A stretch of DNA of 64,000 nucleotides from a virus, in IMG/VR virus record IMGVR_UViG_3300036823_000117, positions 54,587 through 118,586 of that record; one strand, 5' to 3'. The position numbers and the translations under genes are program-made. The notes beneath the pieces are model-generated. The model did not search any database. It was not told the origin of the DNA and worked only from the letters and a program-made list of their open reading frames with translations. The first letter of the stretch is position 1. Every line of letters begins with the position of its first letter. Positions 44,964-56,509 of this stretch are shown one piece after another.

Positions 44964-45188
44964 CGGTACTTGCCTCCTCGGCTTGCCTGCGGTCCCATTC
45001 CTTCTCGGCGAACGCTGCCTCGACGGCGTCCCGGTGCCCGTCGGAGTAGCCCTGCCGGCGTCCGTCCGTCTCGGCTTTCTCCAGGGCGGCGCGGAGAATG
45101 GACCGCCGGCTTCCCGCCCAGTTCGGCGTTCCCGGCGGGTATTTGTCCAGGTCCATCTCCAGGCCGAACAGGATGTCGTTGACGGTGG

Positions 45189-45806
45189 TCATGACTGCTG
45201 GCTCCCCTCGGGGGAAGCGGCCAGAATCTCCGCGATGCGCGGCGGCTCGTAGCCCGGCCCCTTGAGGATCTTGCCGTCCTCCCGGAGACGCGGTCCCCAG
45301 CCGGTGAACTTGGTCATGTTCGACCGGTGGACCTCGGCCAGCACCACGTCGAACGGGATGCCGTAGGTCACTGCGGTGCCGGCCACGACGTAGGCGATGT
45401 CGGCCAGCGCGTCCGCGATCCCGGTCAGGTCCCGCGCGGCCACGGCGTCGCGCAGCTCCTGGACTTCCTCGTCAAGGATCTTCTGCCGGACCTCGTCGCT
45501 GACGAACTCGGCGCCTATATCCAGGGTCGGGTCGTCGGGGAGGCTCAGGCCGGCGGCGTGGTGGAAGGCGCGGGCCATCTGCTCAAGGGACAGGGCGCCG
45601 CCGGGCTTGACGGGCGCCCGGCCAGCCTGGGTTGCGCAGTCGCCGCATTCGGTACTGCGCCACCAGCGCTCGTTGCCGAGCTCGCCGCCAGGGGCGAGGA
45701 CGTGCTCGTTGTAAAGCTCGCCGCGCCTGATCGTCCGGCGGCACGGGTAGCTGCCGCACGGGCGGTCCTTCGCTGCCCGGCGGACGGTCGTCTGCTGAAG
45801 GGTCAT
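45189..45806 (-). CDS. MazG-like/PRA-PH nucleotide pyrophosphohydrolase with N-terminal Cys domain
   Basis: LDEEVQEL, DALADIAYV, VHRSNMTK, REDGKILKG. Confidence 0.8.
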   Translation of the reverse strand: MTLQQTTVRRAAKDRPCGSYPCRRTIRRGELYNEHVLAPGGELGNERWWRSTECGDCATQAGRAPVKPGGALSLEQMARAFHHAAGLSLPDDPTLDIGAEFVSDEVRQKILDEEVQELRDAVAARDLTGIADALADIAYVVAGTAVTYGIPFDVVLAEVHRSNMTKFTGWGPRLREDGKILKGPGYEPPRIAEILAASPEGSQQS

Positions 45807-47443
45807 CGGGTTACTCCCCCTCGGTGTCGTCGGGTACGGAGGACAGCCCTGTCCAGTTCGTAAATCTTGGCCAGGGCCTTGCGGTAAGCGTCGGCCTCGG
45901 CGCCATAGCCAGCGGCGAGACGGGTGCCGCCGGGCTTCTCCGCTGCCACGTCGCGGGCCTCGTCCATCGCTGCGGCCATGGTCGTCAGGTAATCGCGGAG
46001 AGCGGCCAACTTGCCTTCCGCAGAGAACCCGCAGGGCCAGTCCCGACCGCAGGTGCACTGGTTGTCGCCCTGGACGACGGCGCGCTCATGCGGGCCGAAG
46101 TAGGTCACTGTCCTGCCTCCAGTCGTCCCATGCTCTCCACCACAAAGCGCCGGTACGCCTCGCCTGACATGCCATCAGGGCGCAGGCAGAAGATGATGTC
46201 CTTGAGCGCGGCCCAGCGGTCGGGCAGGCCGGCCTTCTCCAGCATCACGGCGGTCACCGTGCGGACGTCGGCGGCGGCGACATCGAACGAGACGTCATCG
46301 TCGCCTGTCGTCAGGATGCGCAGGCTGACGCCGCCCTGGTCGCCCCGGATCTTGAGTGTGTCGCCGGACCAGTCCTCGAAGGTGCTGGGCTCGGAGGTCA
46401 TGACTGCTGGCTCCCCTCCCGCTCAGGCTTGCTTGAATCACGCACCGCATCGTTCAGGTTTCCGACCGCTGCCTTGTGGCACCGGTCACGGTGGGGCTGG
46501 CCGAGGAACCGGCCGCAGTGGGGGCAGCCCGTCATGCCCAGCGGGGGGCAGGTGCAGCGCTCGGCGGTCATGACTGGCTCCCCTCGGGAGAAGCGGCGGC
46601 CCATGCATCGTCAAGGTCATCCTGCGCCGTGACCAGGTCGCGGGCCGCAGCGGTCAGGTCTCCGTAAAGCTCGCGTGCCTGATCACTGCCAGCAGACGGC
46701 TCGGGCTCGCCCAGCCAGCGTTCGACTACCTGCCGCAGGCTCCAGCGGGCGAGGACAAGTCGCTGGCCGGGAGTGAGGTTGGTCATCGCCGCTCCCCCTC
46801 GGTCTCGCGGTCGGCGGTGAGGCAGCAGGCCCCGTGGCACTCGGTCCCGGCCTGAGCCCGGGCGGCCTCGATCGCGGCGGACAGGTGGCGGGTGAACTCG
46901 TCAGAAGCGGCGGGGAACTGGACGTTGTTGACGGTGACCGAGCCGTGGTCGACACCGAAGAAGATCCGGATGCCGTACTCGTCCTCCATGCGGCCGGTCT
47001 CGCGCACCTGGGGGCTGATGGGCATGGCTAGGACTCCGATCGGGCAGGAGTAGCGGAGCAGCCCGGGCACGGGATCGTGTCGTCCCAGCGGGCGCCCTCC
47101 ACTCGCGGGAGCGCGCCCAGCCCGTCGCAGGTCCCGCATCCCGCGACGCGCATGGCGCCCAGGTCGGGGGCGAGGAACGTGCGGCCCCGGTTGTAGTGCG
47201 GCACGGGATCAGCGACGGGGATGGCCACCATGAAGTCGGCGGTCATGTCGTCCCGCTCCGCGTCGCTGATGAGGCGCATCTCGTCCTTGTGGGCGGCGTG
47301 GGCCTTCTTGCGCTGGCCGTTGGACTCCAACACCTCAGACATCCAGCCGCACTCGCACAGGGCACTGCCGGAAGGCGTGTAGTAGGCCGGGCTCACGGGG
47401 CCGCCGGTCCGCTCGCTGATCACGAACGGCTTGCCCTCGGAGT

Positions 47444-48070
47444 TCAGGCCGTGGCCGGCCACTCGGGTGTTGCGCATAGTTCAGCCCCCTCGGGCTTGTG
47501 GTCGGACAGCAGGGCGGCGAGCTTCGCGGAGTTGTGCGGGCTCAGCCGGATTCCGCCGCCTCCGTGCTGGTAGCGGTCAGCGAAGATCCCGTGCTCCCGC
47601 AGCGCGGCGATAGCGGAGTCAGACATGGCCGTCTCGGCGTCACGGACCCGGCGCTCGTCGGCCATCCGCTCGCGCTCGCGCGCTTCCTGCGCCTTGCGTG
47701 CGGCGACGACCTCATCCCACGGCCCGAGCACGGCGGCCATGTTGGTGAGGATGTCGCGGGTGATGCCGGCCTCGGCCAGCAGTCCTGACCAGACGTTCTG
47801 CTCGATCAGATCCGGCCCGAGGCTCGCCAGCTTCTCGATTGGCGTCTCGCCGGCAGTGCCGAGCGCCACCGGGTAGCCGACATCCGAGCCACCGTAGCCG
47901 CTCCCGGCTCTCGGCTTCGTGTCGTGCGCAGCCGGGGTCGCCCACCGTCCCCGGCCGTACTCGGGGGAGCGGTGCAGGCCCAGGCTCAGGAACACCATCG
48001 GCCGGGGGTTGCCGTAGTTGCCGCGCCGGTAGGCGTATACGACGCCAGTCTTGATGTCGGTCTTCTTCAT
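47444..48070 (-). CDS. hypothetical phage protein
   Basis: GGAGGG RBS; 208 aa. Confidence 0.55.
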   Translation of the reverse strand: MKKTDIKTGVVYAYRRGNYGNPRPMVFLSLGLHRSPEYGRGRWATPAAHDTKPRAGSGYGGSDVGYPVALGTAGETPIEKLASLGPDLIEQNVWSGLLAEAGITRDILTNMAAVLGPWDEVVAARKAQEARERERMADERRVRDAETAMSDSAIAALREHGIFADRYQHGGGGIRLSPHNSAKLAALLSDHKPEGAELCATPEWPATA

Positions 48071-49424
48071 CGGTCAGCCCTCCACCGGGATCACGCGGTA
48101 CAGGCCGCCAGTGGGCGCGTACCGGAGGATGAGGTTGCCGTCAGCGTCGCGAGAGTCGGCTTCCCAGTCCTCGTGCCACGCCGGGTCGGCGCTCGACGGG
48201 CCGGCGACGATCAGCAGGCCCGCGCTCTCGCCGCGCCGGACGATCCACCCTGCGGCCTCGATCGTGGCGGCGTAGTCCTCCAGGTGCGGCCAGGCTTCCT
48301 TCGCGCCGAGCGCCCGGTTGAAGTGCAGGTGGCGGACAGCCACGTCGCAACGCCGGGCGAACACATCCCAGCCAGGGGCGTTGACCCGGCGACGGCTGAC
48401 GCTTGACCTAGCGTGGCCTGCCTCTTCCAGCAGGGCGCTGATGCCCTGCTGGGTCGGGGGCTTCGCGGTCATCGGGTTACTCCCCCTCGAGAGACGCGGC
48501 CGGGCAGTCCGGGTCTGCGGCGTCCAGGACCCACAGGCCGCAGGTGCCCCAGGTGCCCCGCTCGGCCTCCATCGACCGCCGGGCGGTGATCCCGGCGCCC
48601 AGCGTGGGGAACGGTCCGGCGAGCCTGGCACCGTCGTCCTTCGCGCGGGCGGTCGTGACCCACCACTCGCCGGGCTGGTCGCGGATGCTGTCGGTCATGG
48701 CTGCCCGATGCCCGCGACCTGGATGGCCTCCAGGGTGGCGAGCAGCTGCTTGAGGTTCTCGTTGACCGCGAGGGTCGCGGTGACCTGCGCCCGGCCGATC
48801 AGGGCGGCCCGGTCGGCCGGGTCCGCGGTGTTGCTGCTGGCGTCCAGGTACCCGAGGGCTGCACCCTCGTACATTTCAGCGTTGGCCATTTCAGTTCTCC
48901 TCAGTGTCGTCGTGGGCGATGGCGGCCATGGGATTCCAGCTGCTCAAGCGACAGTTCGTGGTCCGGGTCGAGGCGGATGCCCTCAGCTTCAAGGGCATCT
49001 ACGGCGGCCGAGTAGCGTTCCCGTTCGGCGTCAAGGTCCCGGTCGACGACCTCGAACCAGGTCCCGATGCCGACCTGGAGCCCCTTGGAACGACACGTCT
49101 GGATGTCGAACTCTTTCAGCCGGTCGCCGTAGGTGATCGTCACCCATTTGCGGCCGATGAAGGTGACCGTTCCGGGCCGCGTGCCGAACGGGCTGTGTAC
49201 GCGGACCTCCTGGCCCACGGTCAGATCCTCGCCGGTCACCGGCCAGCCTGCGCGATCCCGAAGGTGCGGATCCCCGAGAGCTCGTCCAGGATGCCGCGGA
49301 GGGTTTCCGCGATGGCCACGAGCGCCTGCGCCTGGGCGAGCGCGATGGTGTCAGCGGGGCTGTCGTGGCGCACCGGGTACTCGCCGGCGATGAGGTCGCG
49401 GGCAGCGTCAAGAGGGTCCACCGG

Positions 49425-50057
49425 TCAGCCCGCCATCTGGGCTGCGATGGCTGCCCGGTACGCGGCGATCAGGTCGGAGAACTCCTCGATCTCGGCCATG
49501 TAGGCGTCGTCGCTGGTCGCACCGTGGGTGACGTACCAGTCCATCTGCGCGGCGGTGTTCTTGTTCACGTCGCCGAGCAGGGTTTCCAGGACCCGGGTGC
49601 GGGTGGCGCGTTCCAGGGGAGCGCCGGCCTTGATCGCGAGGCTGACCATCAGATCGTTGAACATGGCCGGGTCGGTGAACCGGACGTTGCGGGTCGCGAA
49701 GCCTTCGCTGCTGTCAAACTGGTCGGCCATGTCGCCGAGGTGGCCGAGGAGTTCCGCGCCGAGCGCTACCCCGGTGAGCTTCTCCAGCGCGGCGAGGTCG
49801 CCGAGGTTCGGCGCGGGTGCCCGGTCGGATGAGATCAGGACCGGCTCGCCTTTCTTCGTCCAGAACGACAACGGCCCGGGCCACGCGACCTTCACAAGGT
49901 CGGGCTCCTCCTCGTTGTGGTACTGGACGGTGATACCCCAGCCGCCGGGGACCCACATCGTGGCCCCCCACTCGCTTTGGCCGCCGACCCACAGGTGCAA
50001 CTCGCCGGGGTACTGGCTGCGGTGTAACGGAACCGGGGTGATTTCCAGCATGGCCAT
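49425..50057 (-). CDS. hypothetical phage protein
   Basis: GAGGAG RBS; 210 aa. Confidence 0.55.
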   Translation of the reverse strand: MAMLEITPVPLHRSQYPGELHLWVGGQSEWGATMWVPGGWGITVQYHNEEEPDLVKVAWPGPLSFWTKKGEPVLISSDRAPAPNLGDLAALEKLTGVALGAELLGHLGDMADQFDSSEGFATRNVRFTDPAMFNDLMVSLAIKAGAPLERATRTRVLETLLGDVNKNTAAQMDWYVTHGATSDDAYMAEIEEFSDLIAAYRAAIAAQMAG

Positions 50058-50370
50058 TGGTTAGCGCTCCTCGTCCGGGTCGGCGCCTTCGGCGATGATC
50101 CGAAGCCGGTTGACACAGCCGGGGGGCGCAAGCCGTGTCCTGATCCCGCGTCCCCGGCCCTGACGTGATCGGGCTGCACCGCTTGGTGGCGGGGACTCCT
50201 GCTGCTACTTGGCGGACATTACGGGCTCCTCCCCGAGGGGACAGGGTCATCAGGCCTTGGATACTACCGGGGTCAAGTTCGCTGTGTTATCTACATGACG
50301 AGAACGCTACCCGCCTGGCTGGGCACCTGTCAACTTGAATCGCGGCCTTACTTCCGTGCATACTGGCCGG

Positions 50371-50622
50371 ATGAAGCAGCCCGGCGAGCCCGACGAGCTC
50401 GACTGCGCGGTCCGCCGCGCCACCGACAAAATCAACGACGGCTACCGCGAGCTGCTCGCCGCCATCGAAGCCCAGTACGCCGCAGGCCGCGGGCCATCCC
50501 GCATTGCCCGCCACACCGACTACACCCGCGAGCACATCTCCGACCTGCACAAGAACGGCAGCAAGACCGCGGTCCCGCGGCGGCGGCGAGCCAAAGCGCA
50601 GCCAGGTCACGCCGGCTCCTGA
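50371..50622 (+). CDS. small HTH-like DNA-binding protein
   Basis: GPSRIARHTDYTREHISDL; CATACT -10 just upstream. Confidence 0.55.
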   Translation: MKQPGEPDELDCAVRRATDKINDGYRELLAAIEAQYAAGRGPSRIARHTDYTREHISDLHKNGSKTAVPRRRRAKAQPGHAGS

Positions 50623-51041
50623 GCCGCGTCCTCGACGACCTCGGTGATCGTGATCCGGACCAGGCCCCGCGGGTGCTTGACGGCTGCCAGCCGGTAGGTG
50701 ACCTGCCGGACCCACTTCCGGCTGTCGTTGACCAGCACGCCCGCCCGGACTAGCGCGTCGATCGCCGCTTTCGACGTCGGCGCGATGTTCTCCGCGTCCT
50801 TGACCTCCTGCGACGACAGCGGGTGCCGGTCAGCTTTCCGGTGCGGAGGGGACGCGTACTCGACCAGCACATCCACCTGCCCGGCGAACGGCGGCGGCCG
50901 CTGCGACCGGACGAGTTGGGTCACCACGGCGGCGAGCGCCTCGACCCGGTCACTCCGGTCATGGAAGTGGAGGCTCTGGTTCGCCGTCAGGATCGGGGTG
51001 CCCGCCGGCAACTCGAGGACGTAGGTCCGCGGGTCAGGCAT
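50607..51041 (-). CDS. RusA-like Holliday junction resolvase
   Basis: DAENIAPTSKAAIDALVRAGVLVNDS. Confidence 0.7.
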   Translation of the reverse strand: MPDPRTYVLELPAGTPILTANQSLHFHDRSDRVEALAAVVTQLVRSQRPPPFAGQVDVLVEYASPPHRKADRHPLSSQEVKDAENIAPTSKAAIDALVRAGVLVNDSRKWVRQVTYRLAAVKHPRGLVRITITEVVEDAAQEPA

Positions 51042-51493
51042 GGAGGCCATCGGGGCTGAGGGCCATGGAGACCAGGCCCAGGAACTCGGGTTCGATGGCG
51101 GCGAGAGCCTCAGCGGCCGGCCCGGTCGCGTATCCCAGGATGAACCGCCGGAACCTGGGGAAGTTCGCCGGCTCGGAGCAGAACACGGCCGCTGCGGAGA
51201 GGAGATCCTGCATAAAGGCCTCGGTTTCCGGGTCGGCGAGGAACCCGGTTCCGGTGACCTTCAGGGTGGCGTGCCCGGCGCTCGCGCTCACCGCCGCCTC
51301 ACCGCCGCGGCCACGGCCTGGCGCCGGTCGTGTTCCCGCAGGACCGGGACCAGGGCTGCGGCCACGTTCACGAGCAGCTGCTTGCTGGTCGACGTCAGCG
51401 GCCCGCCGAGGTCCCGGACGTGGATCTCGAGAGCCCAGGTGCCGGGTGCCCACTCGGTCAGCGAGAACGCCTTCGGGTGGTCGTCGACGGCGC

Positions 51494-52345
51494 TCATGCC
51501 GATGCCGCCAACTCGGCGGGGAACTCGTCCCACGTGCGGCCGTCGAGCAGCCGTCCGGCCTTGTGCTTGCCGATGCGAGCGATCTCCTCGCGGCAGCCGT
51601 GGTCATCGACAGGCGGCCCGACGAAGCCGCGGCGGGGGTCGTGACCGCCGATGCCGACGGCGCCGGTTGGTGCCCATTCGCCCCATTGTTTGAACAGGAA
51701 CGGGACGCTGTCGGCCTGGCACTGGTCGCGGAGTTGCCGTGCCCATGCCGGAAGCATCGGCCGAGCACCGGGGCCGCTCTCACCCCCGGCGATCAGCCAC
51801 CCGATGCCTGTCAGGTCGAGGCCGTCGAGCGGCCCGATCAGAGGCTCGCAGGACAGAAAGCGCACCGCGGCGGGCACCTCCCGCAGGTGGTCAACGCGAC
51901 CCAACTCGCTCGCGTTCTCAACTGACACTCCCATCCACAGATTTGGTGGCCAGTCCAGCTTGCCGGCCACGCGGGCCAGGCGCAGCGACCGCTTGGTGAG
52001 GATCTGGTAGGTGTGCTTCGGGGTGTCTGCGATCACCGAGAAGACGTCACGGACGAACGACAGCGGAACCCTCGCGTGCAGCAGGTCGCTCATCGAGTTC
52101 ACGAAGACCAGGCGAGGCTTGGCCCAGTGGTACGGCTCGTCGAGCGACGCCGGGTGGATGGCCACGCCGAAGCCGGGCCCGCTGGTCCGCGGGTCGCCGT
52201 CCGTCTGGTACTTGGCCTGACCCATTGCCTTGAGCCGGCCGGCCATCGTCAGTGCGTAGCAGCGGTCGCAGCCAGCTGAAATTCGGTCGCAACCCGTGGT
52301 CGGATTCCAGGTATCGGTGGCCCATTCGATCTTCGTGGTGCTCAC
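51494..52345 (-). CDS. DUF5131 (phage Gp37/Gp68) protein
   Basis: IEWATDTWNP, GCxxxSxGCxxCYA, FVNSMSDL, FLSCEPL, GGESG, FKQWG. Confidence 0.9.
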   Translation of the reverse strand: MSTTKIEWATDTWNPTTGCDRISAGCDRCYALTMAGRLKAMGQAKYQTDGDPRTSGPGFGVAIHPASLDEPYHWAKPRLVFVNSMSDLLHARVPLSFVRDVFSVIADTPKHTYQILTKRSLRLARVAGKLDWPPNLWMGVSVENASELGRVDHLREVPAAVRFLSCEPLIGPLDGLDLTGIGWLIAGGESGPGARPMLPAWARQLRDQCQADSVPFLFKQWGEWAPTGAVGIGGHDPRRGFVGPPVDDHGCREEIARIGKHKAGRLLDGRTWDEFPAELAASA

Positions 52346-52905
52346 GATGACGCCGCCAGCTGCTCGTCGATCCACGCGATGAACGCGGCGTGACGCTCCT
52401 CGGGGGTCATGTGCCCGTAGGTCTCGTCGTTGCGGGAGGCCAGCGACCAGGCCAGGGTCAGCGCCACTCCGGCTTGCTGGCCCGCAAGGGCGGTCTCGTA
52501 GCCGGTCGCCTGGCTGTCCAGCAGCCGGGGCAGCGCGGCGAATGCTTCGGCGGGGTCCATGCCGGCCTTGACTTTCTTGTGCCACAGGTAGGCGCCCATC
52601 GCGCAGACGCCCTCGCCCTGGCCGTCAACGGCGTCCTCGAGTTCGCTTGGGTAGAAGCTGCGGCCAAACGGACTCGGGTCCGCCGCCTCTTTCGCGCGTT
52701 CCTCCGCAGCCTCAGCGGTTGCGCCGACCGTGCACAAGGCGCCTTCGATGAGCTTGTGCTCGGGAAGCGCCAGCAGGGCTTCGCGCATGTCGGCGAGGAG
52801 CCGCCGGCCGCGCTTGCCTTTGAGGGCCCGCTCGTAGTTGGCCCACCAGAATGCCGACTGGTTGGGGAAGTTCTCCTCGTAGTCGTCGTCGCCGAACCTG
52901 CTCAT
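52342..52905 (-). CDS. hypothetical phage protein
   Basis: ALKGKRGRRLL..VCAMGA..ND..TPEER pattern. Confidence 0.6.
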   Translation of the reverse strand: MSRFGDDDYEENFPNQSAFWWANYERALKGKRGRRLLADMREALLALPEHKLIEGALCTVGATAEAAEERAKEAADPSPFGRSFYPSELEDAVDGQGEGVCAMGAYLWHKKVKAGMDPAEAFAALPRLLDSQATGYETALAGQQAGVALTLAWSLASRNDETYGHMTPEERHAAFIAWIDEQLAASS

Positions 52906-53856
52906 GCTGCTGCCGTTTCTTCTTCGTGTTGCTGACGGTGGGGGAACTGGGTGGCCAGCTGCTCGGCGAGCGCGGCCGTGGCTTTGGTTTCGTCGAGGCC
53001 GGTGTCGAGGAGGGCGTCGAACGCGTCGAGGTCGTCGACCTTGGCGAGGATGGTGTCTACGCCGCGGAAGTCGCGGCGGTTCCAGGCGGTCACGTAGGCG
53101 CGGGCGCGGGTGATCTCGGCGGGGATGCGGCGGGATGCCTCATCGGCCCACACCGCCGCAGCGGGGGGTTCTGGTGGCGGCGGGATAACTGGCGGGATGG
53201 CGGGGGCCGACCCGGACTTGCGGGCAGGGCGGCCGTCCTGCCTGATCCGCTCGACGCGGGGCGGCGGGGGCACGTACCCGCCGAGGCCAAGGGCGAGGGA
53301 ACGGCGGTAGCACTGCTCCGAGATGACCGGGTTCTTAGCCGGGCGGACCGCGGGGAGGCCGCAGTGCCCGCAACCGCACGTGCCGTCCGGGAAGGCATGG
53401 AGAGGCCGGGCGGCGAGTTTCCGGGCGGCGTGACCGAACGGGGGTGCCACCGGGCCGGGCGGGCAGCCCTGGCCTACCCACCTCTTACGGCAGGTCGTGG
53501 AGAGGTCCGAGCGGTCCTTGTGCGGGACCGCGTCCCTCCCGCAGGTGCAGCTGCATTTGTCCGTCACGGCGAGGCCTCCATCTTCGCGCGGGCTAGGCCG
53601 GCGGCCTCGGTGAGCGCGATGGCCGCGGTCGGAGCGATGACGTCGGACACGGCCGAGGTCTTGCCGGCCATCTCCGCGGCGACCTTGTCGAGGTCGGCGG
53701 CGAACGACCGGAGTGCTTCCCGCCAGGCGGCGGCGTACAGGCACGTCGAGTGCCAGGCGAGGCAGCCGAGCGGGTGCGCGTCGTCGCCCATCGCGTGGGT
53801 GTGGTTGCCCGGCGGGTACCGCTTCGCGAGGTAGTCGCCGACAGGGGTGAGGCTCA

Positions 53857-54339
53857 CTAGGTCGCCGCCTTCCCCGCCGCTTTGACGCGGCCGACAGCGT
53901 CGCGGAACGCTGCGACGGACTGCGCCTCGAGGAGCGGGGCGAGGGCCGCCCCGTACTCAGCGGCGAAGCCGGCGGCTTCGGGGTCGCCGCCGTCGGCGTC
54001 CCGCTGGCACGCCCGGATCGCGTCTTGCAGGGTCACGCGGAGGAACGCGGTGGTCACCGCCACCTGACCGGGTTCCAGGGCCCGTGCTTCCAGCTCGGCG
54101 ATGCGCTGGTCCTTGGCCGCGGCGGCTTCCTCGGCGCGTTCCGCCCGCTCGTAGTCAGCGATCGAAGCGTCCAGCGTGCGCGAGCAGGCCAGGCATGACG
54201 TGTTCCAGTTGATCGCGTTCTCGTAGTCGGCGATCCGGGCCTGCAGGGCCGCGATGGTTTCGGCGGCAGGCTCAGAGATCCTCAGCCCATCCGACTCAGC
54301 TTCGGGGCCGGGTGCGAGGCCCTCGGTCTCGTCAGGCAC
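53857..54339 (-). CDS. hypothetical protein
   Basis: GGAGG RBS; coiled coil with CxxC. Confidence 0.5.
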   Translation of the reverse strand: MPDETEGLAPGPEAESDGLRISEPAAETIAALQARIADYENAINWNTSCLACSRTLDASIADYERAERAEEAAAAKDQRIAELEARALEPGQVAVTTAFLRVTLQDAIRACQRDADGGDPEAAGFAAEYGAALAPLLEAQSVAAFRDAVGRVKAAGKAAT

Positions 54340-55069
54340 TGACGGCCTCCGCAGCGGCCGGCTCGGAGGCAGCCTCGGGAACGGGCTTCTCGGCGGCGGC
54401 GGTGGCCACCGTCCACTCGGCCCAGTGCCGGGCCACGGCTGCTTCGCCGCCGAGCCTTACCAGCATGAGAGCGCCGATGAACCAGTCTCCGGCTGTGGCC
54501 ACGAGCGTCGGGATCCCGTTGTCGGCCCGGGCCAGGAGCCGGATGTTCAGAGAGTCGTGCGCGCGGGAAGGACCCGGGGTGAGCCGGGCCAGCTTGGCCG
54601 GGTTGACCGCGGCCAACTCCCCCATCGGCACCTGCGTGCCTGTGAGGAAGCCGTGCAGCATCTCACGCCAGCCGGGGAAAGACGGGTTTCCCTGGGCGGC
54701 GTGCCCGGGTGCGACGGCCGTCCAGGAGCCGCTGACGTCGCCGGCGCTGACGGTGATCTTGCCGTCGCCGACGCAGAGCACGGCCTTGTCATCGCGCCGC
54801 TTCAGGATGCGGCGCAACTCCCACGCTCCGGCGAGGGGGAGGGTCGCAGCCTGGTCGGGGAGGCCCGCTGCGGCGGCTTCGGGCACGGCCTCGCGGGCCA
54901 CGCCGAGGGTGTACCGGTCCGTCGCGACCAGGTACAGCGCCCCCGCCTGATAGTCGAACCGGACACCGCTGATCTGGGGAAGGTCGCAGTCGGCGTCGGT
55001 GTGGGCCAGGACCGCGGTCAGCATCAGCCGCAGCTTCGGCGCCGGGACGGAAATCGTGGTGGTGGTCAT
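54332..55069 (-). CDS. DNA polymerase III beta-clamp-like protein
   Basis: LVATDRYTL, FPGWR, GALMLVR motifs. Confidence 0.7.
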   Translation of the reverse strand: MTTTTISVPAPKLRLMLTAVLAHTDADCDLPQISGVRFDYQAGALYLVATDRYTLGVAREAVPEAAAAGLPDQAATLPLAGAWELRRILKRRDDKAVLCVGDGKITVSAGDVSGSWTAVAPGHAAQGNPSFPGWREMLHGFLTGTQVPMGELAAVNPAKLARLTPGPSRAHDSLNIRLLARADNGIPTLVATAGDWFIGALMLVRLGGEAAVARHWAEWTVATAAAEKPVPEAASEPAAAEAVSA

Positions 55070-55157
55070 TGCTAGTAACCTTTCTTGGTTGCAGGGGTGC
55101 GACTCCGTCCCCCGCTTCCCGGTACGCGCAGCACCGGGAAGCGGGGGACGACGCGGT

Positions 55158-55451
55158 TTACTCCGGTTCCATGTCCGCCGCGACCGTGCGGATCGCTTTG
55201 GCCCAGGCCCGGTCCAGGTTCTGCTCCGCGGCGGGCAGCTCATCGAACGGGACCAGCGCCCGGTGACCCGGGTCAGTCCCGGCCCGCCAGGCCGCCCAGG
55301 CGTTGTGGACGTCCTCGTCGGTGACTCCGGTGCCCTTCGCCAGGGCCAGGACCGCGTAGATCCGCAGGAGCTCACGCGGGCATTCCGCCGGGGCTTCCCG
55401 GCCGATGTCGTCGGCCAGGTCATCGACGTAGTTGCCGGGCACGCCGCTCAC
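55158..55451 (-). CDS. hypothetical protein
   Basis: DVHNAW..HRALVPFDEL..QNLD. Confidence 0.6.
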   Translation of the reverse strand: MSGVPGNYVDDLADDIGREAPAECPRELLRIYAVLALAKGTGVTDEDVHNAWAAWRAGTDPGHRALVPFDELPAAEQNLDRAWAKAIRTVAADMEPE

Positions 55452-55789
55452 CCGCCGGCCGGGGTGCAGGACAGCGGGTCCCGGTACGAGCTGAACAGGG
55501 GAATGCGGGCCCCGTTCACCCGGCACTTATAGGTGGCGCCGACGTTCAACTGGTTGAACAAGTCGCTGGAGTTGAACTTCAGGAACGGGACCGAGTCGGT
55601 GTCCTTGAAGACGCCCTGCTTGGTGAACACCAGGTACTGGTGGCCGTTGCCGGCGGCCTGGTCGTCGAGACGCGTCACATTGATCGTCACCGTCGACTCC
55701 GTTGCGCGGGCCCAACCGAAGTAGACAAGGCCGATCACGACCAGGAGGACCAGGCCGATGCAGCCCACCGTGCCGTTGTTGTTGTTCAT
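55448..55789 (-). CDS. membrane-anchored phage protein
   Basis: N-terminal TM; KFNSSDL..GARIPLFSSY. Confidence 0.65.
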   Translation of the reverse strand: MNNNNGTVGCIGLVLLVVIGLVYFGWARATESTVTINVTRLDDQAAGNGHQYLVFTKQGVFKDTDSVPFLKFNSSDLFNQLNVGATYKCRVNGARIPLFSSYRDPLSCTPAGG

Positions 55790-55984
55790 GCTGCGAGCCT
55801 CGCTTTCGCGCAGGTGGCCTCGACACGGTCATGCAACCGGGTCAGGTTCGTCGCCTGCCGGGGCGCGGCCTTGACAGGCGCCGGCGGGGGGCTCGGCGCG
55901 TAAGTGACGAGCCCCGAGCCGTACGTCGACGGCATGATCATCGTGCCGGTGGACGATGACGTCGTGTAGTAGTACGACATGGGC

Positions 55985-56509
55985 CTAGTCCGCCTTCGCG
56001 CGGCTGCGGGTCGCCGGCTGGGCGCTGGCCTCGAGGTTGACCTCGATCGTCGGGAGGCGTTCCATCAGCGACTTCGCGATCCCGTCGAACCGGTCGACTT
56101 CCCGCTGCATGTGCTCCCGCTGGAACGCCATGTCCTTCTCGAACCGCTTCTGCTCGGCCTCGAGGTTGCCCTCACGGACGGTCAGGACGGCTTCTCGCCT
56201 CGCCGACTCGACATCGAACTCGCGTTCCTTCAGCAGCAGCCCCGCCTCGTGGGTCGCGGCCTGGACCTTCATCTCAGCGTCCTGAGTTGCCTCGCGGAGC
56301 TTCCGGGCGTTCTCCTCCTCGAGCCGGTCCTTGTCGATCTGGAGCTTCGAGATCTGCCGCTCAAGGTCGATGGCCGACTTGTGGCCCTGGCGTTCCTCGC
56401 GGAGCGCGCGGACCTCAGCCCGCAGCTGCGCCATCTCGTTGAGCAGCCGCTGGTACTCCGACTCCCTCTCGTCGTCATCGACGGTGGTCTTCCCGCTGAA
56501 AATCCCCAT
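55985..56509 (-). CDS. coiled-coil protein
   Basis: GAGGGG RBS; charged heptads. Confidence 0.6.
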   Translation of the reverse strand: MGIFSGKTTVDDDERESEYQRLLNEMAQLRAEVRALREERQGHKSAIDLERQISKLQIDKDRLEEENARKLREATQDAEMKVQAATHEAGLLLKEREFDVESARREAVLTVREGNLEAEQKRFEKDMAFQREHMQREVDRFDGIAKSLMERLPTIEVNLEASAQPATRSRAKAD

